From Candidatus Aminicenantes bacterium (GTDB taxonomy: Bacteria > Acidobacteriota > Aminicenantia > Aminicenantales > Saccharicenantaceae): a stretch of DNA of 64,000 nt. A model generated the notes under the pieces. The model saw nothing but the letters and a program-made list of their open reading frames with translations. It did no database searches and had not been told where the DNA came from. Made by a program: the position numbers and the translations under genes. Where the stretch lies: assembly GCA_963773685.1 (NCBI GenBank), contig CAVZBY010000010.1, forward strand, positions 32,129-96,128, given 5' to 3'. Every line of letters begins with the position of its first letter. Within the stretch, counting starts at the first letter, position 1. Shown here in pieces: positions 1 through 10,498 of this stretch.

Positions 1-228
1 GCTCGCCGTTCGGGAGATCGTCAGGGCCTCGGTGAACCGGATGATGGAGCTCTCGAAGTCCCCGCGGATCCTTTCGGTTTCCCCCTGGCGGAACGCGCGG
101 GCATAAGCCCCGTTGTTTTGAACCCCCAGCTTATCCGACACGCCGGCCGCCGCTCGAGCCGCCGGGCGGACGAGCGCAAGGCATAGAAGGAAGGTGACCC
201 AACGTGCCCCGGGAGCGACGGGTTTCAT
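1..228 (-). CDS. 5' part of a secreted helical-repeat (TPR-like) protein, truncated by the window edge
   Basis: Not in the ORF track. ATG at 228 reads open to position 1: MKPVAPGARWVTFLLCLALVRPAARA (signal-like) then AYARAFRQGETERIRGDFESSIIRFTEALTIS (TPR-like pattern). Confidence 0.55.
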   Translation of the reverse strand, partial: MKPVAPGARWVTFLLCLALVRPAARAAAGVSDKLGVQNNGAYARAFRQGETERIRGDFESSIIRFTEALTISRTAS

Positions 229-368
229 GGGAGAGTTCCTGATTTATATAGTATATGACCCTCGGAATTGTCAATTATTCTCACGCCGGCAAGATCATGA
301 ATTCATTGACTTTTGCCGGCTCCGGTCTATACTTGATTCCCTCCGGGCCGGACCTCGGGAAGCGGCAC

Positions 369-1325
369 ATGAAGCGATCGACGATATGGGCGGCGGTGGC
401 GATCATCCTGATCACCGGGCCCCTCTCCGCCCAGACAAAGCGGACCCCCCCCGCCGCTAAAAGGACGGGCGACGGCATTCCTTCCTCGTTCCAGTTCAGC
501 GGCTGGGTCCTGAACGGCACGCCCAGGAAGCTTTCGGGGAAAGCCCTTGCCGATCATCTGGCCGGACGAGGCGCAACGGCCCTGCAGTACGGCGTCAAGG
601 GCCTGTCCGTGCATCGCTTCAAGCCCTCGAGCCGGACGAAACAGACCGCCGGGAAGGAATTCACGCTCGAGGTCTTCCGGATGGATTCGGCCACGGACGC
701 CTTCGGACTTTTCTCATTCGAGCGACGAAGCACGGAAACGGCCTCGCCCGCCGTGGCCGCCCCCAATGCGATCGGCTCGGACCGCGCCGTCCTGGTCAAA
801 GGCTACGCCTATCTCGAGATCCGGGCGAAGGGATGCGAACGCGCCGAGATCGAGAAGCTGGCAGCCTCAGCGGCGAGAAGGATCGGGCTTCCCGCCGAGC
901 CGCCGCCCCCGGGAATCGTCCGGCTTCCACGGACGAACCTCGTCCCGGGAAGCGAGCGCTATATCATAGGGGACATCGCGGCCGGGGCGGAAACGCCTTT
1001 CTTGAACCGGGACTTCTGGGGCTTCCGGGCAGGGACGAGCCGAGGCTATGCGGCGCGATACGCCCCCGGAGACAGCAAGCTCATCGTCGTGGAGTTCGCC
1101 GAGGCGCCGGAGGGGCTCACGGGACACGCGCTCGCGCTCTTTAAGGAATACCTCGAAGACGTCCGTGAAGGGGACGGGCTCGTGGTCGGATCCGACGTTT
1201 CGGGAGGGACATGCCTCTTCCGCTTGTCCGGGAAGATCGCCGTTCTGATCATCGGTGAGCCGGACCGGGCGACCGCGGACGCCCGTCTTTTGGAAGTGCT
1301 GGCGGAATTCGCCGATCCGGACTGA
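369..1325 (+). CDS. Secreted protein, DUF6599-like
   Basis: ORF 255..1325; likely start MKRSTIWAAVAIILITGPLSA (signal peptide); LEVFRMDSATDAFGLFS resembles DUF6599. Confidence 0.6.
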   Translation: MKRSTIWAAVAIILITGPLSAQTKRTPPAAKRTGDGIPSSFQFSGWVLNGTPRKLSGKALADHLAGRGATALQYGVKGLSVHRFKPSSRTKQTAGKEFTLEVFRMDSATDAFGLFSFERRSTETASPAVAAPNAIGSDRAVLVKGYAYLEIRAKGCERAEIEKLAASAARRIGLPAEPPPPGIVRLPRTNLVPGSERYIIGDIAAGAETPFLNRDFWGFRAGTSRGYAARYAPGDSKLIVVEFAEAPEGLTGHALALFKEYLEDVREGDGLVVGSDVSGGTCLFRLSGKIAVLIIGEPDRATADARLLEVLAEFADPD

Positions 1326-1354
1326 TGCCTCCGCGGCAAGCGGCCTCCTGACCG

Positions 1355-1819
1355 TCAATCCGGAGACGTCAGGGCCGAGAGCATGAAATTCCCGTATCGC
1401 TCCAGGACATCCCGGATGAGGTCTTCCTTGGAGAGCTTCATGATCTCGGCGGGGGGTCGCCCTTTCATGAACTCCACGGACTCTTCTTCCTGCGGGGCTG
1501 ACTTCGTCTTCCGGCCTTTGACGACGAGCCCGAGCTTGAGTTCGAAGGCATTGCGCGGGAGGACTATCCGGTAGCGGAAATTGTCCTTATTCGAACCGGG
1601 GAAGCTCAGCTCGAGTTCGATGGCCACGCCCTTCTCTTCGTTGAACCTGACCCTGACGCCGTAGTCCTTCATCTCCTCCTTGAGGCTCTCGAAGGCGGGT
1701 TCGGCGATGAATTCACAGAATTGGGTGAAACTCTCGAGGGTGTCGGCCTGGGCCTTCTCGATGAGCTTGAAGGCTTCAAAACGCTTTCGCAGCTCTTCTT
1801 TCCAGGTTTCTATGGGCAT
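1355..1819 (-). CDS. Hypothetical cytoplasmic protein (about 154 aa)
   Basis: ORF with native-looking composition (MPIETWKEEL...); TATCAT-type -10 upstream at 1850-1855. Confidence 0.7.
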   Translation of the reverse strand: MPIETWKEELRKRFEAFKLIEKAQADTLESFTQFCEFIAEPAFESLKEEMKDYGVRVRFNEEKGVAIELELSFPGSNKDNFRYRIVLPRNAFELKLGLVVKGRKTKSAPQEEESVEFMKGRPPAEIMKLSKEDLIRDVLERYGNFMLSALTSPD

Positions 1820-1879
1820 GACCTTTATCCGTCGCTCAATGACGGGCGAATGATAACACACTTCGACCTTAAGTTTAAG

Positions 1880-1978
1880 CGCAAAGACCCCCCGGGGTCA
1901 GGTGCCGGCTGAGGTCAGCAAAAGGGGGGTGATGATTGGAAATTTGAGGGAGCCCTCTCCAGCCGGCCAAAGAGAGCC
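1880..1978 (-). ncRNA. Putative small RNA with anti-Shine-Dalgarno-like loop
   Basis: Lies downstream of a strong promoter; stem GCCGGCUG/CAGCCGGC encloses AUCAUCACCCCCCUUUU, followed by GACCC-CGGG-GGGUC-UUUG terminator-like hairpin. Confidence 0.45.
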
Positions 1979-1984
1979 GATGTC

Positions 1985-2012
1985 ATTATAGCAAAGACGA
2001 ACGCGAACGCAA
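1985..2012 (-). promoter_or_regulatory. Sigma70-type promoter
   Basis: TTGCGT (2012-2007), 16-nt spacer, extended -10 TGcTATAAT (TATAAT at 1990-1985). Confidence 0.65.
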
Positions 2013-2039
2013 GGGGGGATGCAGGATATTTTCTGCAGG

Positions 2040-2994
2040 CTATAATTTATTCGTTCTCAAGCTCTTTAGGAGCGCGGCCCAAACGGTCTCCGTATCCAGG
2101 TCCGATAGGGCCTCCGCGGCGAGCACGACGGACCGCCCGTAGGGCTCCCAGGCCGGGACGTTCTTCTGAAGGAAAAGGGCGGTCACGCTCGTTCCGCAGG
2201 CGGCCGCCAGGTGGGTGATCCCCGAATCGTTGCCGATATAGAGGGAGGCCTCGGCCAGGAGCCCCGCAACCGCGAGGATCGGCGGCCTGCGAATCCATAT
2301 CCAGCCCGGCGGCAGGGCATCCCGTTCGAGTCGCCCGGAGACGGCGGCGCATTCTTCCGCTTCCCCGGTTATGAAGGCGCCGGGAACCCCGGCTCGCCGT
2401 AGGCGGCGGGCGATCTCGAGGAACCTTTCGAACGGCCAGATCTTGGCCGTTCCGCCGCTTCCAGGATGGATGATCGCGAGCCCTCCATCGCCGGGAATAA
2501 CGTTCCCGAGTCGAGCCCGCGCCGCCGCCATCCCTCCCTTCTCGGAATGGATCCGCGAGCATTCGTCGAAATCGGGAGGAGCGCCGCCCGGGCCCGGAAA
2601 TGCCGCCAGGGTATCCGCGAAAAAGCTCCGGCTGAGTGGACCCCGCAACGGCGGATCGGCCGCTGAGATGAAGACCGCGGGAATTCCCAAGCCCCGGAGG
2701 GAGGCTTCTATCCCGGATCGGGACGGAGCCTGCGTCCAACCGATCGCCAGCGAGCAGTCCCCCGCCCGGACCCGCGGCGGGGCACCGGCGCCCCCGAAGA
2801 GAAAAGAGGCTTCCCGGCCCTCCAGCGGAACGACCTCATCCGCGATCCCCGAATCGAGGAACAATCCGCCGTATTCTCCCCGGCAAAGGAGGGCGCGCCT
2901 ATGTCCGGCCACGGTCCGGCGCAGACAAGGCCATGGACGGCGTGGCAACGAGCAGGTCGCCCAGGCCTCCCAAACAAAACATGAGGACGCTCAC
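2040..2994 (-). CDS. Glycosyltransferase family 9 (heptosyltransferase-like), one frameshift near 2925
   Basis: N-terminal GGLGDLLVATP from GTG 2994 in another frame; IHPGSGG..K.WP and YIGNDSGITHLAAA GT9 motifs. Confidence 0.8.
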
Positions 2995-3104
2995 GGCGCC
3001 CCCAGAGTGGGCGAAACGCCGGCGTCTGTCAAGAGCACGAATGTCCCCGCTTCAAGGGCGTCCCTTTTTGCTGTCTCCGCCGATTTATGATAAGAATTGT
3101 CTCA

Positions 3105-4075
3105 ATGAATCCGCTTCCGGAACGCCGGCCGCCCTCGAGGAGGCGGACGCTTCTCCTGGTCCTCAAGATCGTTTTCAGCGCGTCCGTGCTTGCCCTCATC
3201 ATCATTTACAAGGCCCCGATCCGGGAAATTCTGGGGGTCCTGCGGACGGTCCGCCTGGGTTGGCTGGTCCCCGCATTCTCCCTGCACGCCATCGGGATCT
3301 TCGCGAGCGCCTACCGCTGGCAGATCCTGGCCCGCGCGCAGGGCGACGAGATCCCCCTCGGCTACCTCATGAAGTCCTACCTCGTGGGGACGTTCTTCAG
3401 CAACTTCCTGCCCTCGAGCTACGGGGGCGACATCGTGCGGATCTGGGACGGCTCCCGATACTCCAAGTCCCTGGTCCGATCCTCCGCCGTCGTGGTCGTC
3501 GAAAGGGCCACGGGCATCATCGTCCTGTTCCTCTTCGCCCTCTTCGCTTCGCTGTTCAGGCTGGACATGGCCAACGAGGTCCCGGTCATCTGGGCGTCGC
3601 TCGTTCTCGGGCTCGCGGGCCTTGCCCTGGCCGCCCTGTTCTTCACGCCCCTCGCGGAGCGCTTCATCCGCGCGCTTCCCGGACAGGAAGCTCCTCCGGG
3701 CCCCGAAGCAGAAGGTCCTCGCCTTCCGTGCGATCATCCTGGATTACAGGCACCATAAGGGCCCGTTCCTTCGGGCTTCCTTCTGGGCCCTTGTCCTCCA
3801 GGCCAACGTGGTCGTCTATTTCTTCTTCATCGGCAAGGCCTTCCGGCTCGAGATCGGCTTCCCGGATTATTTCATCTTCGTCCCCATCGTCCTGCTCGTC
3901 CAGGCCCTCCCGGTGACGATCAACGGCCTGGGCCTCCGGGAGGGATCGACCATCGAGATCTTCAAGTATTACCTCATCCCCGCGGGGACGGCCGTCGCCT
4001 TTTCCCTCGTCGACGTCGGGCTTCCGTCTGGTCCTGGGCGCGGTCGGCGGGATCATCTACGCTTCCAGGAAATGA
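3105..4075 (+). CDS. Lysylphosphatidylglycerol synthase TM / flippase-like (UPF0104) membrane protein, frameshifted
   Basis: FFSNFLPSSYGGD.VR and LPVTINGLGLREG motifs split over ORFs 3087..3758 and 3622..4425. Confidence 0.8.
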
Positions 4076-5236
4076 ACGCGCGACCGGCCCTCTTCCGGCT
4101 CTCGTCATCGGCTCGTTCTCGTCCGAGCCCGCGGCCCCGCCCTCCAGCGGGACGTCTCCGATTTCGAAACGCAGGATCGCGAAGATCAACGTTCAGATCC
4201 GGGACCTCCGGGCGAAGCTCGCCGAGGCGAACAAGAAGGAATCGACCATCCTCTCCGACCTGGACCGGATCGGCCTCAGAAAACGGCTCATCCGCGCGGA
4301 GCTGGCCGCCGGCGCCGTCGCCGTCGAACGGACCGACGGCGAGCTCGAGACCCTCAGGAAGGATATCGCCCTCCGGCGGACGGCCCTCGAATCGGAGAGA
4401 CGGTCGGTCGAGAGGACGCTCGTGACGCTCTACAAGTTCGGACGATTCGATCGTCCTTCAGTTCGCCCTGCGGTCCGAGAACATCGAAGCCTTCCTTGCC
4501 GAGAGCCGGAACCTCGCCTTCCTCGCCCGCTACCAGAACGACGTCGTCAGGGGCTTCCTGGCCGCCCTGGCCGAGCTGGGCGTGTCCCAGGGCCGGTTGG
4601 AGGCCAAGAAGGTCGAGATCGCGGACCTCCTCCGGGCGGCCGGCGAGAAGAAAAAGGAGCTCGAAGCCGAGGAACGGAAGAACCGCGAGCTCGTCGCCTC
4701 CGTCCAGCGCAACAAGAGGACCTACGCCCAGGCCCTCGAGGAGCTCGCGGAGAGCGGGCGGCAGCTGCAGGCCCTGATGAAGAGGATCGTCGAGGAGAAC
4801 TATCCCCTCCCCTACCCGTTCATTCCCCTTTACGAGAAGAAGGGCGCTCTCGTCTGGCCCGTATCGGGCCGGATCATCACGCCCTTCGGGCCGCAGAAAC
4901 ACCCCCGATTCAACACGATCACCACGAACAGCGGGATCGAGATCGCCCCGAAAAGGGCGGGAACGTCCGTCCTGGCCGTCCACGCCGGCCGGGTGGTCTA
5001 TGCCGACGCCTTCGAAGGGTACGGCAACCTGATCATCGTCGATCACGGCCTGACCTATTACACCCTATACGGCCATTGCTCCGAATTCCGGGTCGCCAAG
5101 GGGGACCCCGTCCGGCCCGGACAGCACGATCGCCCTGTCCGGGGATTCCGGCTCCCTCAAGGGAGAGTGCCTCTATTTCGAGATCCGGTACAAGACGAAG
5201 GCCCTCGATCCCTTGAAATGGCTCAAACGAAGGTGA
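4072..5236 (+). CDS. envC: Murein hydrolase activator EnvC-like (coiled coil plus degenerate M23/LytM), several frameshifts
   Basis: LVWPVSG..ITPFG, NSGIEI, GYGNLIIVDHG..Y.TLYGH, CLYFEIR..DPLKWL; lies upstream of the S41 and deacetylase genes. Confidence 0.75.
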
Positions 5237-5257
5237 TACAATGCATTGTTTGAAACC

Positions 5258-6394
5258 ATGAGATCCTCCCGTTTCCGGCTCGTCTTCCTCACCGCGTGCG
5301 TCGGGCTCTGCCTCTTCTTCGTCCTGGAACGCAGCTTCCTCCCCGGCGTCCCCCAGCGGGCGTCCTTCAAGGGGTTCGACCTGCTGGGCGCCGTCGCGCG
5401 TCTCGTCAGGAACGATTACATCGAGGAGCGGGACCCGGCCCGGACGATGGAGGGGGCCTGCCGGGGGCTCATCGATACTCTCGACCCCGTCTCCAGCTAT
5501 TTCGGCCGTGACTCCACGGCCAAGTACCTCCGGCGCGATTCCCGGTGGGCCGATATCGGCGTCGTGCTCTTCAAGCGCTCCCACGGGCTCTTCCCGCAGG
5601 TCGCGGGTCTGGCCGAAGGTTCCCCCGCCGAAAAGGCCGGGGTCCGGCTCGGCGATACCGTCAGCGCCATGGACGGCCGGGGCACTCTCGACATGAGCTC
5701 CCTGGAGGCCAATCTCTACCTCAAGGACCTCGAGCAGAAGCCGGTCGTTCTCAAGGTCGTGCGGGACGACCAGACGCTCGAGGTCACGGTCCTCAGGGCC
5801 TTGCTCCATGCCGAGCCCTTCACGTTCACGACGGAGGGGGCGTTCGCCGTCCTCGCGATCCACGGCCTCTACGCTCCCGGCGTCGACGACATCCGCTCCA
5901 AGGTCGTGCCCCTTCTCAAGGCCCGCAGGTCTCCCTACGTCCTGGACCTCCGCAACTGTTCCGAGGGGGAGATCGAAGAGGCCCGGAGGCTCCTCAACGT
6001 CTTCGTCCGATCGCCGAAGATCGGCGATTTCGAAAGGAAGGGCGGGATCAAGGACCCCCTCGCCTGCGCGGAAGCCCCCGACCTGGACCGGCTTCCCGCC
6101 GCGATATGGATCAACGGGGCGACGATGGGGCCGGCCGAGCTCGTCGCCGCCGTCCTCCAGGAGACCGGCAAGGTCCGGGCCATCGGGACGTCGACACCGG
6201 GCCTCGTTTCCCGGCAGGAGCTCTTTCCCCTGGAGGACGACAGCTCCGTCCTCGTCACTTCGGGCGTCTTCACCCTCGCTTCGGGAAAGAAGCTCTGGGA
6301 GGAGGGCGTGAGCCCGGACGAGAGCCTCGACCGGGGGGATCAGAGCACCGCCGCCTTCATCAAGAAAACCTCGGCCCTTCTTCCCAAGCGTTGA
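5258..6394 (+). CDS. S41/CtpA-like PDZ protein, catalytic residues apparently absent
   Basis: Y..E.D.....GA..GLIDTLDP.SSY, GSPAEKAG PDZ, VLDLRN, EGVSPD; catalytic motifs degenerate. Confidence 0.8.
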   Translation: MRSSRFRLVFLTACVGLCLFFVLERSFLPGVPQRASFKGFDLLGAVARLVRNDYIEERDPARTMEGACRGLIDTLDPVSSYFGRDSTAKYLRRDSRWADIGVVLFKRSHGLFPQVAGLAEGSPAEKAGVRLGDTVSAMDGRGTLDMSSLEANLYLKDLEQKPVVLKVVRDDQTLEVTVLRALLHAEPFTFTTEGAFAVLAIHGLYAPGVDDIRSKVVPLLKARRSPYVLDLRNCSEGEIEEARRLLNVFVRSPKIGDFERKGGIKDPLACAEAPDLDRLPAAIWINGATMGPAELVAAVLQETGKVRAIGTSTPGLVSRQELFPLEDDSSVLVTSGVFTLASGKKLWEEGVSPDESLDRGDQSTAAFIKKTSALLPKR

Positions 6395-6396
6395 TC

Positions 6397-7390
6397 ATGA
6401 AGAAGCGGCTCCTGCCGAAGGCGTTCTCCCATTGGCCTGTTTATTCCGTCGCCGTGTGGGTCCTCTGCGGGTTCGCGATCGCCGCGACGCTCATCCTCGA
6501 CCATAGGAGCTGGATCGCGAGGCGAGCGGTCCTACATCTTCACCGGGAGCCGAGAGAAAGGGGCTGCCCGCGCCCCGTCCCGAGGCCGCCCTTCCCGCCA
6601 TCAAGGCGCCGGCCGAAAAGGCGCTTCCGGAGAAGGTTCCGGAGCCCGCGCCCCGCGAAGTCCCGAAGACGGCCCCGGCCCGCAAAGAACCCTCCGGGCT
6701 CAAAAGGCCCTCCGCCCCCCTTGGGCAAGGTCGCCCTGATCGTGGACGACATGGGGAACAGCCCGGAAGCCCTCGAAGAGCTCCTCGCTCTCGGCGAGCC
6801 GCTGACGATCGCCGTTCTCCCTTACAGCCCTCATGCGCTCGAGACCGCCCAAAAAGCCCACGAAAGGGGACTCGAGGTCCTTCTCCATCTCCCGCTCGAA
6901 TCCCTGAACGGCAACGGCTCCGAGAACGGCACGGAGGGCCTCATCCGTTCCGGGATGGGCGAAGCCGAGGTCCGTTCGCTTCTGGAGGAGGAGCTCGACC
7001 GCGTCCCGTTCGTCCGGGGCGTCAACAACCACATGGGGTCCAAGGTCACGGCGGACGCCGGGATGATGCGGGCGATCCTGCGAGCCGATCCGGGAGCGGG
7101 GCCTGTTCTTCCTGGACAGCCGGACGACGGCGAGATCCGTCGCCTATGACGTGGCCGTGGACATGGGCGTACCCGCGGTCTCCCGACAGGTCTTCCTGGA
7201 CGCCGACGGCGACACCGGCCGCATCCAGGAGCGCCTCCTCGAGCTCTTCCGGATCGCCCGGCGGGACGGCCGGGCGGTCGGCATCTGCCATCCGTTCCGG
7301 GAGACCCTGCGGACGCTGAAGGAGAACTTCGGCCTGCTCCGGAGCTATGGGCTCGAAGCGGTCCTCGTCTCCGAGATGGTCGGACGCTGA
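6397..7390 (+). CDS. Divergent polysaccharide deacetylase family (YibQ-like), frameshifted
   Basis: ALIVDDMG, LLHLPLE, GVNNHMGS, RQVFLD and AVGICHP motifs across three frames. Confidence 0.85.
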
Positions 7391-7460
7391 GGGCGCCGCC
7401 GCTTGTCTTGAATTCGATCTCCCCATCCGCTATATTAGGCTCGACCGACAGGAGGATCCC

Positions 7461-8012
7461 ATGAAAAAGACCGCGAGCGTATGCCTGATGGCGGCGAGCG
7501 TCCTCGCCGTCCTCTTCATGTCTGCCTGCAAGTCCGTCCCGTCCGACGAGCTGAAAGCGTCCATCGAGATCACGGACGTCGACACCAAGTGGGTCTCCAA
7601 GTATTACCAGCCGTGGCCGCCCCGGCTCATTCTCGTCCCCGTCGTGTCGTTCCGCGTCAAGAACGTCGGCACCAAGCCGCTCCAGCACGTCAACTTCAAC
7701 GCCATCTTCAAGTTCAAGGGCGATCCCGAGAACCTGGGCGACAACTTCCTGGCAGCCATCCGGGGCAAGGCCGTCAATCCCGGCGAGATGAGCGAGGTCA
7801 TCACCCTGAAGAGCAATTTCGGGGTCGAGGGCAAGACCGTCGCCTCCTTCAAGGACAACGTCCAGTGGAAACCCACGGAGGTCAGGCTCTTCGCCCGCTC
7901 GAAGGGCTCCCCGTTCGTGCTCCTCGGGGAATGGGACATTTCGCGGACGATCGATTTCGTCGAGCCCGCGCCCGTCGACATCAAGAAAGAGGAGCCGGCC
8001 AAGACAGAATGA
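7461..8012 (+). CDS. Hypothetical lipoprotein
   Basis: RBS AGGAGG; MKKTASVCLMAASVLAVLFMSAC lipobox. Confidence 0.75.
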   Translation: MKKTASVCLMAASVLAVLFMSACKSVPSDELKASIEITDVDTKWVSKYYQPWPPRLILVPVVSFRVKNVGTKPLQHVNFNAIFKFKGDPENLGDNFLAAIRGKAVNPGEMSEVITLKSNFGVEGKTVASFKDNVQWKPTEVRLFARSKGSPFVLLGEWDISRTIDFVEPAPVDIKKEEPAKTE

Positions 8013-8551
8013 ACGCCATTCTGCCCACCCATATCTTTTTGACCCGGGGAAGCGGACAGCACCGGGAGAAGCTCATCAGTTACGAGATCGCGCTGAGGGA
8101 AGCGGGGATCAACCCTTTCAATCTCGTCAGGGTCTCGAGCATCTTCCCCCCCGGCTGCGAGCTCGTGACCCGCGAAGAGGGCCTGAAACAGCTCAAGCCC
8201 GGACAGATCGTCTTCCTGGTGATGAGCGAGAGCGCGACCGACGAGGCCCACCGCCTGATCTCGTCCTCGATCGGCATGGCCGTGCCGAATAACGGGAAAT
8301 CCTACGGCTATCTCGCCGAGCACGAAAGCTACGGGCAGGCCGAGGCGGAGGCGGGTCGCTACACCGAGGACCTGGCGGTCGAGATGCTCGCGACGAAGCT
8401 CGGCCTGAAATTCGAAGGCCGACGGAAAGGAGAGAGCGCTTACCGCCTCCCCGGCAAGCTGTCCGTGACGACCCGGAGCATCACCCAGACCGCCACCGGA
8501 AGCTCCGGATTGTGGACGACGACCATCGCGGCCGCCGTCCTGGTCACCTGA
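8009..8551 (+). CDS. pdaD: Pyruvoyl-dependent arginine decarboxylase
   Basis: IFLTRG.G.H.EKL.SYE.ALR.AGI..FNLVRVSSIFPP with the Ser-Ser self-cleavage site; GYLAEH; WTTTIAAAV. Confidence 0.9.
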   Translation: MNAILPTHIFLTRGSGQHREKLISYEIALREAGINPFNLVRVSSIFPPGCELVTREEGLKQLKPGQIVFLVMSESATDEAHRLISSSIGMAVPNNGKSYGYLAEHESYGQAEAEAGRYTEDLAVEMLATKLGLKFEGRRKGESAYRLPGKLSVTTRSITQTATGSSGLWTTTIAAAVLVT

Positions 8552-8552
8552 C

Positions 8553-9524
8553 CTACAGGTCCAGGGGGTTTTCCTTCAGGATCTTGACGTAGCTCTTTTC
8601 CCTGAGGGTTTTGAGGTACTCCTCGAGCTTCTTCTGCTTCTTCTCGGTATAGAGCTTTTCCTCGACTTCCTTCTTGACCTCTTCGAACGCCCTCAGCCGG
8701 CTGTCCTTCTTCTCCTCGAGCTTCAGGAGGTACCAGCCGTTCTTCGTCTCCACCCAATCGCCCGTCTCCCCCGGCTTGAGCTTGGCCACCGACTCCTCGA
8801 GGGCCTTGTCCAATTCGCCCTTCCGGAACCGGCCGAGGTCCCCTTCGGCCTCCTTGGCCGGGCCTTCGGAGTATTCCTTCGCCAGCGCGTTGAACGGCTC
8901 CCCGGCCTGGACCTTGCCCGAGATGAGCGCCCGCGCCTCCGCCAGCGCCTCCGGGGTCTTCCCCTCGGAGGCGAGGTAGACCCCACGGACGTGGTATTCC
9001 TCGGACTCCGTGAACTCCTGGGGATGGGCCTTGTAGTAGCCGACGATCTCGGAATCGTCCAGGACGATCGACCGGTCCACCTCGGAATAGATGGTGGCCT
9101 GCTTCAGCATATTGTCCTCGAGCTGCTTGATCCACTCGTCGAAATTCAGCCCCTGCTGCTGAAGCCCTCTCTTCAGGTCGTCGTCGGACTCGATGTTGTT
9201 CTCCTTCTTGATGTTTTCGACCGCCATCTTGACCTGCTCGGAGACGTTGAGGTTCTTCTCCTTGGCCTGCTGCATGAGGAGCAGGTCGGTGATCATCATG
9301 TTGAGCAGGTCCTTTTTCAGCAGCTGGTATTGCGCCTCGTACTCCGCGCCCTGGAGGGCCGATCGGAGCTGTTGGACGGTGGCGTCGAACTGCTCCTTGA
9401 CCTGGCTCAGGGTGATGACGTCGTCGTTGACGACCGCGACGATCTCTTCGACGACCTGACCGACGGCGGGCGCCAGGAGGACGGCGAGGCCGATGACGGC
9501 GAAGACCGGGATCCTTTTTCTCAT
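8553..9524 (-). CDS. surA: SurA-like peptidyl-prolyl isomerase/chaperone
   Basis: Signal peptide, VEEIVAVVNDDVIT, rotamase motif LAKEYSEG...EGDLG.F..GEL. Confidence 0.8.
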   Translation of the reverse strand: MRKRIPVFAVIGLAVLLAPAVGQVVEEIVAVVNDDVITLSQVKEQFDATVQQLRSALQGAEYEAQYQLLKKDLLNMMITDLLLMQQAKEKNLNVSEQVKMAVENIKKENNIESDDDLKRGLQQQGLNFDEWIKQLEDNMLKQATIYSEVDRSIVLDDSEIVGYYKAHPQEFTESEEYHVRGVYLASEGKTPEALAEARALISGKVQAGEPFNALAKEYSEGPAKEAEGDLGRFRKGELDKALEESVAKLKPGETGDWVETKNGWYLLKLEEKKDSRLRAFEEVKKEVEEKLYTEKKQKKLEEYLKTLREKSYVKILKENPLDL

Positions 9525-10487
9525 GGGAGGTTCCTTTGATAGACGAAGGGTAATCTGTCGGGATGCGAACTCCAGGTGAGGCTTCGCTTGAGCTCATCCA
9601 GGTGCGCGGCCAAGGCGTCCTTTAACTTGCCGTCCAGGACCTTGAGCCGGATGGCCGGGGCCGCTTCCGCCTCCGGCAGCAGCTGGGGCGGAAGTCTCCG
9701 GTCCAGCCGGAATATGTGATACCCGTAGGAGGATTCGACGACGGGGCTGAGCCGGCCTTCTTCGAGCGGAAATATGACCTTCTCCATCTCGAAGGGGAGG
9801 TCTCCCGCCTTGAAGACCCCCATGGCTCCCCCCTTGAAGGCTTCGGGCCCGATCGATTCCTCGAGGGCGATCTTCCGGAACGCCTCTTCCGAGGCGCCGG
9901 CGAGCCGGCGGAGGACGTCGACCGCCTTGGTTTCCGTATCGAGAAGGATCTGGCTGACCCGGACCCTTTCGGGAACCAGGAAGTCCTTCTTGTGCTCCTC
10001 GTAATAAGAATGGGCCTCGTCGTCCCCGACGCGGAGCTCGGCGAGGAACCGCCTGGAATATTTCTCGATGAGCGGCCGGTCGAAGAGGTGCGGGTCTCCG
10101 GTCGCCAGACCGCCCGCTTCCCCGGGCGGGGCCTCGCCGGAGAGCTTCTCGAGATACGTTTTCTCCTCTTCAGGAGCCAGCGTCACCCCCTGCCTTCTCG
10201 CGGCGGCGAGGAGGAGCTTTTCCTCGGCGAACTGGTCGTAGAGGCGGCTCAGGGAGGCGGGAGAAAGCTCGCCCTTCCCGGCATTGTCCCTGAAGTAGCT
10301 GTCCAGGTCGGCATTGCTGTAGGCCGTTCCTTCGACCTCCAGGACGATCGCGTTCCCGGCCTTCCCGCTCCCGGATCCGGTCTCTCCCGGCCCCTTCCCC
10401 GCGCTCTTGCAGGCGGCGAAAGCAGGAGACTCCGAGGATCACCGCGAGGGCGGCCGGCGGGAAGATCCTGGGATCGAGAGCTCTCAT
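9521..10487 (-). CDS. Parvulin-type PPIase (probable lipoprotein), frameshifted
   Basis: VRVSQIL, KGGAMG.F, SPVVESSYGYHIFRL; N-terminus in another frame (10170..10502). Confidence 0.75.
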
Positions 10488-10498
10488 CTTTTTTATAT

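Noticed and set aside
1932-1991. 19-aa + strand ORF behind AAAGGGGGGTG
   Set aside because: The SD-like run abuts the ATG, and both the promoter and terminator point to the - strand.
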